Shown: positions 10,310-18,903 of the stretch, one piece after another
How positions within the stretch are numbered: position 1 is the first letter of the stretch
How the letters are laid out: each line of letters begins with the position of its first letter
Assembly: GCA_963801355.1 (NCBI GenBank)
Contig: CAWDEM010000008.1
Location: 1-64,000 of the forward strand
Direction: 5' to 3'
Source of the DNA: Ignavibacteriota bacterium
GTDB lineage: Bacteria > Bacteroidota > Ignavibacteria > UBA10030 > UBA6906
Length of the DNA stretch: 64,000 nucleotides
The notes under the pieces: generated by a model
The model's database searches: none
What the model was told of the DNA's origin: nothing
What the model saw: only the letters and a program-made list of their open reading frames with translations
Made by a program: the position numbers and the translations under genes

Positions 10310-10936
10310 ATGAAGCTCTTGTCGCTTATTCTGCTGCTATTTGCGAGCATGGCGTTTGTGCTGTTGGGATGTTCGGATAATTCGGCACCCATTGTGGCGC
10401 CGAGTGACCAGGCACTCTCGACTGCAACCTCAACTACCGCCTTGGCAAAGGCTGGTCCGGTGATTCATTCGGCATCCGGCAACTGTGGTGACTTTATCGA
10501 CGGCGGACCTGTGACATTTGCTTTTAGTGCACGCGAATACGCCGATGGTTGCTCAGGTGAATGGCAGGCGAATTTACACGGTCAGCCCAAAGAGTGGGGG
10601 AAGATGCACGGTAAGGTGATGTCACTGAAAGTCTATGATTACTCGGGTGGAAAGGCGGCCGTGGTTGGAGGAGCGTTTACGGACAAGATAAACGCAGGCT
10701 ATTATTTTGCCTTTGTTGTCGTCGATAATGGAGAAGGGAAGAATGCCCCACCCGACAAGTACACGAAAAGCATCGTCTTCACTACGTCTCTGCCAGATGT
10801 GCGGGGTGTTTGGGACAAAGCGCCAAACGACGTTGTGGATATGATTGTGCATATGTGGGTGGACGGGGGGTACCCCACTACTACGCCAGAGGATATCCTT
10901 GTCCCGGTCAAATGGGGGAATGTCCAAGTTCAGTGA
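10310..10936 (+). CDS. Hypothetical lipoprotein
   Basis: MKLLSLILLLFASMAFVLLG-C lipobox followed by a Ser/Thr/Ala linker. Confidence 0.8.
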   Translation: MKLLSLILLLFASMAFVLLGCSDNSAPIVAPSDQALSTATSTTALAKAGPVIHSASGNCGDFIDGGPVTFAFSAREYADGCSGEWQANLHGQPKEWGKMHGKVMSLKVYDYSGGKAAVVGGAFTDKINAGYYFAFVVVDNGEGKNAPPDKYTKSIVFTTSLPDVRGVWDKAPNDVVDMIVHMWVDGGYPTTTPEDILVPVKWGNVQVQ

Positions 10937-10954
10937 ATCACTTGAGGCAGCGTG

Positions 10955-10984
10955 AAACGCCCGGGCAGCGATGTCCGGGCGTTT
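10955..10984 (+). terminator. Hairpin, probable intrinsic terminator
   Basis: AAACGCCCGGGCA-GCGA-TGTCCGGGCGTTT just after the lipoprotein stop. Confidence 0.6.
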
Positions 10985-10998
10985 GCGTTCTGAAAACT

Positions 10999-11097
10999 TG
11001 TGCCTCTTCAATATTCCATCCGGTGCAAAATGCCATCATGGATCATGAGTTGAGTGGCTCGACGTCGCAGGATGCATTTCGCAATTGCTGACCGGCC
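10999..11097 (-). mobile_element. Solo family-B IS end remnant
   Basis: TGTGCCTCTTCAATATTCCATCCGGTGCAAAATGCCATCATGGATCATGAGTTGAG, nearly the same as 36990. Confidence 0.8.
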
Positions 11098-11428
11098 CGT
11101 AGGGGGGGGATTTATTCCATTTGAGCTTTGAAGTGCGGAAATTGTGCTCTGGAGAGCATCCCCCACTTTCAGAGCAAACAAGACAAGTTTCTTCGCCATC
11201 CTGCTGCGAAGAGTCGGGAAGAAACGACTTCATTTCAACACATACGACAAGATGAAGATGTCGCGTTCTATAATGATCAGTGACCACATCAGGGGAGCAG
11301 CAACAGATTCCGAAGCCGGGAGAACGGGAAAAGACAGGGGGTGCTGTCCGCGAGAGCCCTGTTCTGGGTGGACTGCATCACCACCACTACAGACAGGCGG
11401 CGTAGGGATGGAATAAGTCCCCCTTACG
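11098..11428 (+). mobile_element. Family-A MITE (internally deleted IS)
   Basis: Both IRs present; the interior consists of fused 5' and 3' transposase scraps. Confidence 0.85.
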
Positions 11429-11444
11429 AGGTACAAGAGCAGGA

Positions 11445-11535
11445 ATTGACCGCGATCATTTGCTAAGGGCAGTAGTTGTTTCTTTCAAAATGCACGACCG
11501 TCTTCGCGGCGCAGGTGAGCCGCGGTCCGTTAGGC
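11445..11535 (-). other. Truncated integron attC site downstream of DUF2442
   Basis: Minus strand GCCTAAC (R'', overlapping the stop) GGACCGCGGCTCACCTGCGCCGCGA...TCGCGG; the R' half is missing. Confidence 0.7.
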
Positions 11536-11775
11536 GGTCGCGTGCAGCGACTTGCGAAGGAATTCTGGAGAGAAATCGGCCCCGTTCTCCCATACAATGG
11601 TGTGCAGTTCGGGGTGGACTTTGAAGTTGCGGAATGTTTGCGGATCTTTCAGTGGTTCGAACATGGGACCCCAGAGTTCAGCTTTGAGGTCGACTTCGCC
11701 ATCTGAACCGTCGCTGAATCTGATCCAAATGGTGTAACCCTCGACATGGCGTGCATCGACAATTCTCGGGATCAT
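11530..11775 (-). CDS. DUF2442 protein (putative antitoxin)
   Basis: IRFSDGSDGEVDL...GPMFEPLKD...TIVWENGADFSPEFL. Confidence 0.9.
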   Translation of the reverse strand: MIPRIVDARHVEGYTIWIRFSDGSDGEVDLKAELWGPMFEPLKDPQTFRNFKVHPELHTIVWENGADFSPEFLRKSLHATA

Positions 11776-11779
11776 GTGC

Positions 11780-12037
11780 CTACTCCAATGGAGCGATTTG
11801 TTTCAGGGGCTTTCGTTCTTCCGCCAACTTCCAGTTTTCAAGGAGTTCGGTTCTGTGTAGACCATGCCACTCTAGCACGTGGGTCAAAGCGCGCGTTGGG
11901 AATTGGCCAGTTACCAAGCCTGAGTCAATTGTTACTGTGATCTCGAACTCACCATACTTCGCGTGGAAGTGAGGTGGAACGTGGTCTTGGTAGAATATTG
12001 CGATGATGATACCGAGAAATCTGCTTATTTCGGGCAT
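11780..12037 (-). CDS. DUF4160 protein (putative toxin)
   Basis: MPEISRFLGIIIAIFYQDHVPPHFHAKYG...LLENW; a TTGCGA-17-TACTTT promoter lies immediately upstream. Confidence 0.9.
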   Translation of the reverse strand: MPEISRFLGIIIAIFYQDHVPPHFHAKYGEFEITVTIDSGLVTGQFPTRALTHVLEWHGLHRTELLENWKLAEERKPLKQIAPLE

Positions 12038-12085
12038 GTGCAAAAGTACCGCAAATCCTTGACATTCGCAACAAGCAAGCAAGCC

Positions 12086-12123
12086 GCCTAACCAGCGGCG
12101 GCTGCTGACGCCGCGCGAGGGGC
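12086..12123 (-). other. 3' half of the upstream attC site (R' GTTAGGC), cut by a MITE
   Basis: Minus strand CGCGGCGTCAGCAGCCGCCGCTG-GTTAGGC just before the DUF4160 promoter. Confidence 0.7.
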
Positions 12124-12672
12124 CGTAGGGGGGAGCTATTCTATCTGACCTTTTAAGTGGCGAAATTTTGCTCTGGAAAGCATACCCCACTTTCAGAGTC
12201 GACATGATAATCTTCCTCGCCACCCCGCTCCGTTTCTTTTTCCATGTTTTCCGGTCAGAAAGGATTTTCCTCTCTGAAAACGCGCTGTCAAGAAGGGAAA
12301 CGACATCCTGCTGCGGCGAGTCGGGAAGAAGCAGGTTCATTTCAACATTACGACAAGATGAATATGTCGCGTTGTATAATGGTCACCGACCACATCAGGG
12401 GAGCAGCAACGGATTCCGAAGCCAGGTGAACCGGAGAAGACGGGGGGCGCTGTTTGCATGAGTGCTGTTCTGGGTGGGCTGCATCACCACTACTACAGAC
12501 AGGCGGCGTGACGGATGGAAAAAGTCCCCCGTACGGGATTCAACAACAGATCCCGAAACCCGGTGAAGCAGAAAGAATGGTTGGTCCCATCCGCAAGAGC
12601 GCCGTTCTAGGTGGGCTGCACCATCACTACTTCAGGCAGGCAGTGTGACGGATGGAAAGAGTCCCCAGTACG
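12124..12672 (+). mobile_element. Family-A MITE (12124-12535) plus a tandem extra right end (12536-12672)
   Basis: Left IR at 12124; right IRs end at 12535 and 12672, each preceded by GGLHHHY-RQA coding. Confidence 0.85.
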
Positions 12673-12774
12673 GGCGGAATTGACTAGGCACGTATCGCGG
12701 CAGCCAAGGCTTCACTCCCGGCATCTCTAGTGAAGCGGATCAATTTCGATCTCAGTCACAATCTCCCCGATTGC

Positions 12775-14207
12775 TCATTCTGGACCTGATTTTGGCGTCA
12801 TCCCGAGTTCCTTCCGCAGCTTCTCCGTGTCAACGCGGTTGAACGCATCGGGAACATGGCGGTTCTTTGATTCAAAATCCAGCAGAAGGGATTCCAGGAG
12901 CTCTCGTCCGATCGGATCCTTGGCTGCCTTCCGGGGGGTCATCCCGCGCAGAGCCGGTACGGGTGTGTCCGGCCAGGAAGCCCAGTGCTTCTCCATCTCC
13001 CGCCTCAGCATCGCTTGCACTTCCGGAAGTGACATCAGGCGCGCTTGCTCTTCGGCCCTTTTCACGGCGTCTTCGCTGCGTGCGTTCTGGTCAGCCTTCT
13101 TCAAGGCCCCTTCCGTGGAGTGTATTTCAGTTCCCAGGTAGACCGCATCCTTTCCGAGCCGCCTCTCAATCTCTTTCCTTGCCCGCTGAGCCCGTTTGGC
13201 GGAATTCACCTCAGCAACAAGTGTCGTGGCTTGGATCCTGAATACCGCCTGGACTACCGTCTCATCTTTGCCACGCCCCTTGCGCTGCTTCGACCAATGG
13301 ATCACAGCGGATTTCTCCTCGTGCTCCTTGATGTTTGTCCCCATGACATCGGCATCGCTCATCTCCGGGTCAAGATCCCTGAAGGCCTGAACCGCCCGTT
13401 CAAATGATGGGACTTCATAGCGGATCGTGTGAAAAAGCATGGGATCGCCATCGGTGTTCTGGAGATTGCGCGCCGGGTTCGACGCCGCGTCAATCAACCT
13501 GAGGTAGAATAGGCGCATTTGATTTTCGAAATCGAGGAGGATCTCGTCGGGCAGGGGGCTGGTGGTTGAAGGTTTCTTCCCAAGGATTGTCTCACGCAGC
13601 GTGACCAGGTCCGCCATGAATGCAGAGGGAATGACACGCGTCCCGTTGCCCATCATGAATTCTGTCCCGTCCATCTCCACAACCCGCGCGTAGAGAATAC
13701 TCCCGCGCTCAAGCGTCGATGATCCCGTGCGTTCGATGATTCGATGGTCGGTCTTGCGCAGGATGTCTCGTGCCGTGAATCCCATCCCCGGCTCCAGTGC
13801 GGTGACCTGCAGAAAACTGTAAGGTGAATCAAGTGTTGTTCGACCAGGCGTAGAATCTCAGGATCGATGCTGCTGTCATCGCTTTCAAGCATCGCCTCTC
13901 CCGGTCCGGGGCCGTCCTCGGGGAGCCAGTCGTATTCAAACCATCTGGTGAAGAATTCGAATTCGGGATGCGATTCGTTCAACGGAACATCCGGGGAACC
14001 GTGGAAATCGGACCAAGCGGCAGCAAGCCCCTCTTCCCCGTACATCCGCTTCGCGAGCCGTGCGATGTACTCCGAGGCCTCTCCGTCCAGCCGCCGCAAT
14101 CGATCATAAATTACCGACGGAGTCCTGATGGTTGACGCGCCGCAGCAATGCTTGAATTTCTTTCCGCTGCCACAGGGGCACGGGGCATTTCTCTCCATAG
14201 AGATCAT
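12775..14207 (-). pseudogene. SEC-C (Zn-binding) domain protein with a C-terminal MbcA/ParS/Xre-like domain, frameshifted near 13840
   Basis: RNAPCPCGSGKKFKHCC at the N-terminus and WPDTPVPALRGMTPRKAA at the C-terminus; two overlapping ORFs join by a single-base shift (could be an assembly error). Confidence 0.8.
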
Positions 14208-14329
14208 TCCTCTTCATTTCCAGTGATTTGAGAAGGTACGAATTGCGGGTTAGGAATGCCAGGATGTGCCAGGGCGTGTGCCGCCAATCCAGTTCTGCGT
14301 CCGGGAGTCGAGGATCACATATATTCCCC

Positions 14330-14460
14330 ACTGTGGGATGCGAATCGAAGCATCTGATTGATTAACATCCTTGAATGTGTGAACTACAACCAACGTCACA
14401 TTATTTCGATCCTGCCCCAAGTTCGTCCTTTGGGGTTTCTTGGGTAAGTATCGCAGTACG
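14330..14460 (-). pseudogene. Fused scraps: family-B transposase fragment and BrnT-like toxin fragment
   Basis: LRYLPKKPQRT (compare VQRYLPKKAPRT) followed by LGQDRNNVTLVVVHTFKD...IRI. Confidence 0.5.
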
Positions 14461-14489
14461 AGGGACACCAGTTGTCAAGTTCGAGGGTT

Positions 14490-15566
14490 CTACTTCTTCA
14501 ACAGATCGAGCAATGGCTTGTTGATGAACAAGTGATACTTGCCGACAAACTGCTCATGTACCACTTTGCCTTCCGCAAGCTCCGCGAGATAGCGGCTTGC
14601 TGTACGGTAGTTGATGTCCAGCTTTTTCCCCAGACTAACTGGCGTGATGATAGGACTCGAAAAGAGTGCTTCCACAAGATCGGCACTGTAGATCTTCTTG
14701 TGTTTGGCACGTATGTGCTCTCTTTTCTTCTCGAGCATCTCCATCAACTTGAAGAGAACCTCCTTCGTGGATTCCGCTTGAAGATGAAAGCCCTTCAACA
14801 TGAAGTGTATCCACGTATACCAGTCGGCGCTAGAACTTACGCCCCGCAGAAGGCGGTAGTAGTCACTCCGATTTGCGTTGATGTACCCGCTGATGTATAG
14901 AATTGGCAGCGACAAGAGCTTCTGTTGGATCAGGGAAAGGACCATCAGTATCCTGCCGGTTCTTCCATTTCCGTCTCCAAATGGATGAATGGCCTCGAAC
15001 TGGTAATGTGCAATTGCGGACTTGACGAGCGGATCGATGCCATCAACGTCGGCATTCACGAAGTTCTCCCAGTTACCGATGAGCCGGGGGATTTCTTGCG
15101 CAGGTGGTGGCGTATAGAGAACCTCTCCAGTAGCGCTGTTCGCGATCTTGTTTTGTGTCTTCCGGTAGCCCGTGTCGGGGGCTGGTATCAGCTTCTTCTG
15201 TATTCCGAGGATTAGCCGGGTCGAAATCGGCAGTTTCTTCAGTGTCTCGAAGCCCCACAGGATGGCGTCTCGATACCTCAGCACCTCTTTGTCGGTTGTT
15301 TTCCGCTCTGATTCAGGGAACAACTGTGCTTGGAGTGCTTCCTCCATCGTTGAATTGATGTTCTCGATGTTGGAGCTGGCGACGGATTCCCGAACCACTG
15401 CCGGGGAGAGCAGTAAGAGGGGATTGGGCAAAGATCTTGAATAACCGTTCAGTTCTCCCAATTCTGTCCGTGTCTGCAGCAGTACATCGATGAACCTCTC
15501 ATGCTTGAAGTTCAAGCTGGGGGGGAGCGGGGGGAGATCAAACGGCTGTGTTGGATCGAGCGGCAT
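14490..15566 (-). CDS. Fic-family protein (N-terminal inhibitory helix, C-terminal HTH)
   Basis: HPFGDGNGRTGR Fic motif and SSNIEN inhibitory motif. Confidence 0.95.
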   Translation of the reverse strand: MPLDPTQPFDLPPLPPSLNFKHERFIDVLLQTRTELGELNGYSRSLPNPLLLLSPAVVRESVASSNIENINSTMEEALQAQLFPESERKTTDKEVLRYRDAILWGFETLKKLPISTRLILGIQKKLIPAPDTGYRKTQNKIANSATGEVLYTPPPAQEIPRLIGNWENFVNADVDGIDPLVKSAIAHYQFEAIHPFGDGNGRTGRILMVLSLIQQKLLSLPILYISGYINANRSDYYRLLRGVSSSADWYTWIHFMLKGFHLQAESTKEVLFKLMEMLEKKREHIRAKHKKIYSADLVEALFSSPIITPVSLGKKLDINYRTASRYLAELAEGKVVHEQFVGKYHLFINKPLLDLLKK

Positions 15567-15585
15567 TAGCGCTGCCTGCGATAGT

Positions 15586-15627
15586 TTTGATATGTAACCA
15601 ATATATGAAAATGATTACATATGTCAA
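15586..15627 (-). promoter_or_regulatory. fic promoter overlapped by a palindromic operator
   Basis: Minus strand TTGACA-16-TATATT within the inverted repeat ATATGTAA...TTACATAT. Confidence 0.6.
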
Positions 15628-15955
15628 GTGATATGTGCGTTCGGGTTACATGAGGCCGCCCAGCGATTGGAGGGTTAAAACAGTCTGAAGGCACCTGCTT
15701 GCCTCTCCTTGAGATGAACAGGAGGCGGACGTCCCTCTTCATAATTGCATTCGGGCCAGAATTCCATCGTGAACCATCCGATCAGGGAACGGTTTCGTGA
15801 AGCGACAATAGATAGGAAGAGGAGTACTGTGTTGTAGATGAGCGGAGCGTGTGGTCAGATTGCATTCCGTAAGACCTCTACCGTGACCTCTTCGTGTCAT
15901 CGGAGCGCGAACCATATCGTGGCGGGATCAGACTCATGAATCTCTTTCGTTTGTC

Positions 15956-16330
15956 ACTGTAGACAGATTGTAGGCGATTTGTGTAATTCAATGCTCTCCA
16001 TGTAATTCAAATCTGCAAAACTGCCCTCATTTCGCTCGATTCCGAGATTGCGGCAATCTTCGGGACCAAGAGGCCGGGGGTTCAAATCCCCCCCCCCGAC
16101 TAAAAAGGGCAGTTTTGAGGTGAGTCAAGAATTGAGTGTGACAGATTTGTGCTAGTACTTTTGTGTCTGGTACAGCAGAATCGGTCGCTGCTGCCCTGTT
16201 TTCGATAAGTGGGAAGGATGAACTTGTCCCGGGACCAAGAGGTCGCATGTGTCTTGTGAGCAAGAATTGGCCAGTGGCGCTCTATTTTCGCCAGGCAGGA
16301 AAACAGATCTTGTCCCGGGGCCAAGAGATC
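15956..16330 (+). repeat. att-like module 1: conserved flank plus tRNA-Pro(CGG) 3' half (16059-16102) and two shorter tRNA fragments
   Basis: TGTAATTCAA x2, then TTCGGGA CCAAG AGGCC GGGGG TTCAAAT CCCCC...GACTA; CGGGACCAAGAGGTCG at about 16230 and GGGGCCAAGAGATC at about 16317. Confidence 0.75.
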
Positions 16331-16634
16331 TAAGATACAAATGCCGGCGCTCCGGCAGAAAGAGAAATTCTATTCTATAAGGCCGATTGTACACTGGCCG
16401 CACACGAATTCTAGAGTGTGTCTGCAAATTCCGAGGCAGTTTGAGCCGCAATGCCGTCCTGGTGTCGCGGCTTCGTGTTTATGAGAGTCCCCCTACGTAT
16501 TCCCGGATCCCAGTGTCCAACAATCGCCTCAGCTGAAATCGGCAGTTTGACTCTCGCACGCCCCTTCCGTATTATTCCGCCGTACCGTTGGTTCATTGCG
16601 CCGTCGGAATAGTACACGCCTGTGCAGGCTTCCC

Positions 16635-18866
16635 ATGATCGGCAAAGTCGTTTCCCACTATAAGATCCTCGAGAAGCTCGGCGAAGGCGGGATGGGTGTT
16701 GTCTATAAAGCCCAGGACCTCAAGCTCGACCGCCCCGTCGCCCTGAAATTCCTTCCTCCTGATCTCACACGCGATCCCGAAGCCAAGCAGCGATTCGTCC
16801 ACGAGGCCAAAGCCGCCTCTGTTCTCCAGCACAACAACATCTGCACGGTCCATGACATCGATGAGATCCCCGATGGTCAGATGTTTATCGTCATGGATCT
16901 CTACAAGGGGGAGACACTCAAGGAGAAGATCGGGCAGGGGCTGTTGAGAATCGAGGAGGCGATTGACATTGCCATTCAGGTGGCACAGGGGCTCGCCAAG
17001 GCGCACGAGCATAGTATCGTCCATCGGGATATCAAGCCTGCCAATATTATGGTCACCTCAGACGGCGTGGCTAAGATCGTCGATTTCGGTCTGGCAAAGC
17101 TCGGCGGGCGATCGATGCTGACAAGGTCAGGCTCGACTCTCGGGACAGCCGCCTATATGTCGCCCGAGCAAGCGCGGGGCGAGGAAGTTGATCAGCGCAC
17201 GGATATCTGGTCGCTGGGTGTTGTTCTGTATGAGATGGTGACGGGGAGGCTTCCGTTCAGAGGCGAACACGAAGCAGCTCTTCTCTACTCAATTGTTCAC
17301 GAAGGTCTGGTACCGATCGCGACATACCGGGCAGATGTCCCAGTACCCCTCGTATCGGTGATTTCAAAGGCTCTCCAGAAGGATCGTACACAGAGACTTC
17401 AAACCGCCCGGGAATTCGTGGACGACCTCATGAAGATTGCCACTTCTGCCGTCGAAGTGCCGAAACAGGAGAAGTCGATTTTGGTTCTGCCGTTTGAGAA
17501 TCTGAGTCCCGATCCTGACCAGGAGTACTTCAGCGACGGGTTGACGGAAGAGGTGATTTCGGACCTTTCGGGCATAAAAAGTCTGAGGGTCATCTCCAGG
17601 AACTCCGCCATGACGTTCAAGGGAACGAAAAAGCGCACTCCAGATATTGCGCGGGAACTGGACGTGCGCTACGTGCTGGAGGGGAGCGTGCGGAAGTCTG
17701 GGAATGCACTTCGCATTATGGCACAATTGATTGATGCGGAGCGCGACACACACCTATGGGCGGAGAAGTACACCGGAACACTCGATGACGTGTTTGACCT
17801 GCAGGAGTCTCTCTCTCGCCGGATCGCAGAGGCGTTGCGTGTCACGCTGACCCCGAAAGAGAGCGAGCACCTCGCAGCAAGGCCGCTTGTGGACAAACAG
17901 GCGCACGACGTATGGTTGCGTGCGCGGCAGCTCGCACTCACGTTGACGCCCGGAGGCCTGGGTCGTGCACGCGCGCTTGTTGAAGAGGCCCTCCGGACAT
18001 ACGGGGAGAGTGCCCTCCTTCATGCGACAATGGGGTGGATTGACTTTGTAGCGTACGATGATACGGACGAAGGCGCTGAGGAAGTCCTTCGCCATGGGGA
18101 AGAACATGCTGCGCGCGCTCTCGCTCTGGACCCGGGTCTTGCCTGGTCGCACTTTGCCACAGCGGGATGCCGGCATCGCCGCTGTGATATCCAGGGTTTT
18201 GTGCAGTCGGCCAAGCGAGCCCTCGAAATCGAGAGAGACAGCCACACGCTGGCAGTGCTCAGCCTTTATCTCGCTGATGCAGGGAAAATCGAGGCAGCGC
18301 GTCATTATGCCAATGAGGCAGCCAGAATCGACCCGCTGACATTCCTCACAACCCACGTGGTAGGATATGTGGATCTCCTTGACGGAGGGGGAGAACGCGC
18401 ATTCCTCAAGCTGCACCGCTCGTGTGACCGATTTGCCCGCGGGGAGCCATGGTCCACCTTCATCGTGGGATTCGCGGCCGTCCAGGCCGGCCGTGAAGAG
18501 GAAGCACGGCAACTGTTCGCCTGCGTGGCCGAAGGATCTCAGCCGACATTTACGCCCCTGAGCCAACTATTTTTTGCGGCCTTGAAAGGAGACGAGCCCG
18601 GAGTGGCAGAGCCACTTCGCAACTCGACCTTCTCCCGTCTTGCGCGCCGCGCCGCAGAAACGAGCTATTTTGTTGCTACCTGTTTCGCCCGCGTTGGGAA
18701 TCACGAATCCGCCCTCGACTGGCTGGGCAACGCAATCAAGTGCGGATACACGAACCATCGGTTCATGATGGATCATGACCAACTCCTGAGATCCCTCCGG
18801 GATCATCCCGCGTTCATCCGGCTCATGGAACGAGCCCGTCAACTCGAGCAGGCGCTTGAGGTCTGA
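16635..18866 (+). CDS. Ser/Thr protein kinase with TolB-like and TPR C-terminus
   Basis: LGEGGMGVVY, VALK, HRDIKPAN, DFG and YMSPEQ; SILVLPFEN...YFSDGLTEE; helical repeats. Confidence 0.95.
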   Translation: MIGKVVSHYKILEKLGEGGMGVVYKAQDLKLDRPVALKFLPPDLTRDPEAKQRFVHEAKAASVLQHNNICTVHDIDEIPDGQMFIVMDLYKGETLKEKIGQGLLRIEEAIDIAIQVAQGLAKAHEHSIVHRDIKPANIMVTSDGVAKIVDFGLAKLGGRSMLTRSGSTLGTAAYMSPEQARGEEVDQRTDIWSLGVVLYEMVTGRLPFRGEHEAALLYSIVHEGLVPIATYRADVPVPLVSVISKALQKDRTQRLQTAREFVDDLMKIATSAVEVPKQEKSILVLPFENLSPDPDQEYFSDGLTEEVISDLSGIKSLRVISRNSAMTFKGTKKRTPDIARELDVRYVLEGSVRKSGNALRIMAQLIDAERDTHLWAEKYTGTLDDVFDLQESLSRRIAEALRVTLTPKESEHLAARPLVDKQAHDVWLRARQLALTLTPGGLGRARALVEEALRTYGESALLHATMGWIDFVAYDDTDEGAEEVLRHGEEHAARALALDPGLAWSHFATAGCRHRRCDIQGFVQSAKRALEIERDSHTLAVLSLYLADAGKIEAARHYANEAARIDPLTFLTTHVVGYVDLLDGGGERAFLKLHRSCDRFARGEPWSTFIVGFAAVQAGREEEARQLFACVAEGSQPTFTPLSQLFFAALKGDEPGVAEPLRNSTFSRLARRAAETSYFVATCFARVGNHESALDWLGNAIKCGYTNHRFMMDHDQLLRSLRDHPAFIRLMERARQLEQALEV

Positions 18867-18903
18867 GCATAGCGAGATCAACATTGCCTGGAGGGTCCTT
18901 TTC

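Noticed and set aside
12038-12340. N-terminal extension of DUF4160
   Set aside because: It reads through attC and MITE sequence; the family start is MPEIS at 12037.
16030-16102. Functional tRNA-Pro gene (also 36640-36712)
   Set aside because: The 5' acceptor strand, D-arm and 5' anticodon stem are absent; only 3' halves are present.
16478-16497. Additional family-A right end (GAGAGTCCCCCTACG)
   Set aside because: Only the outer half matches and the GGATGG core is missing, so it is too weak to list.
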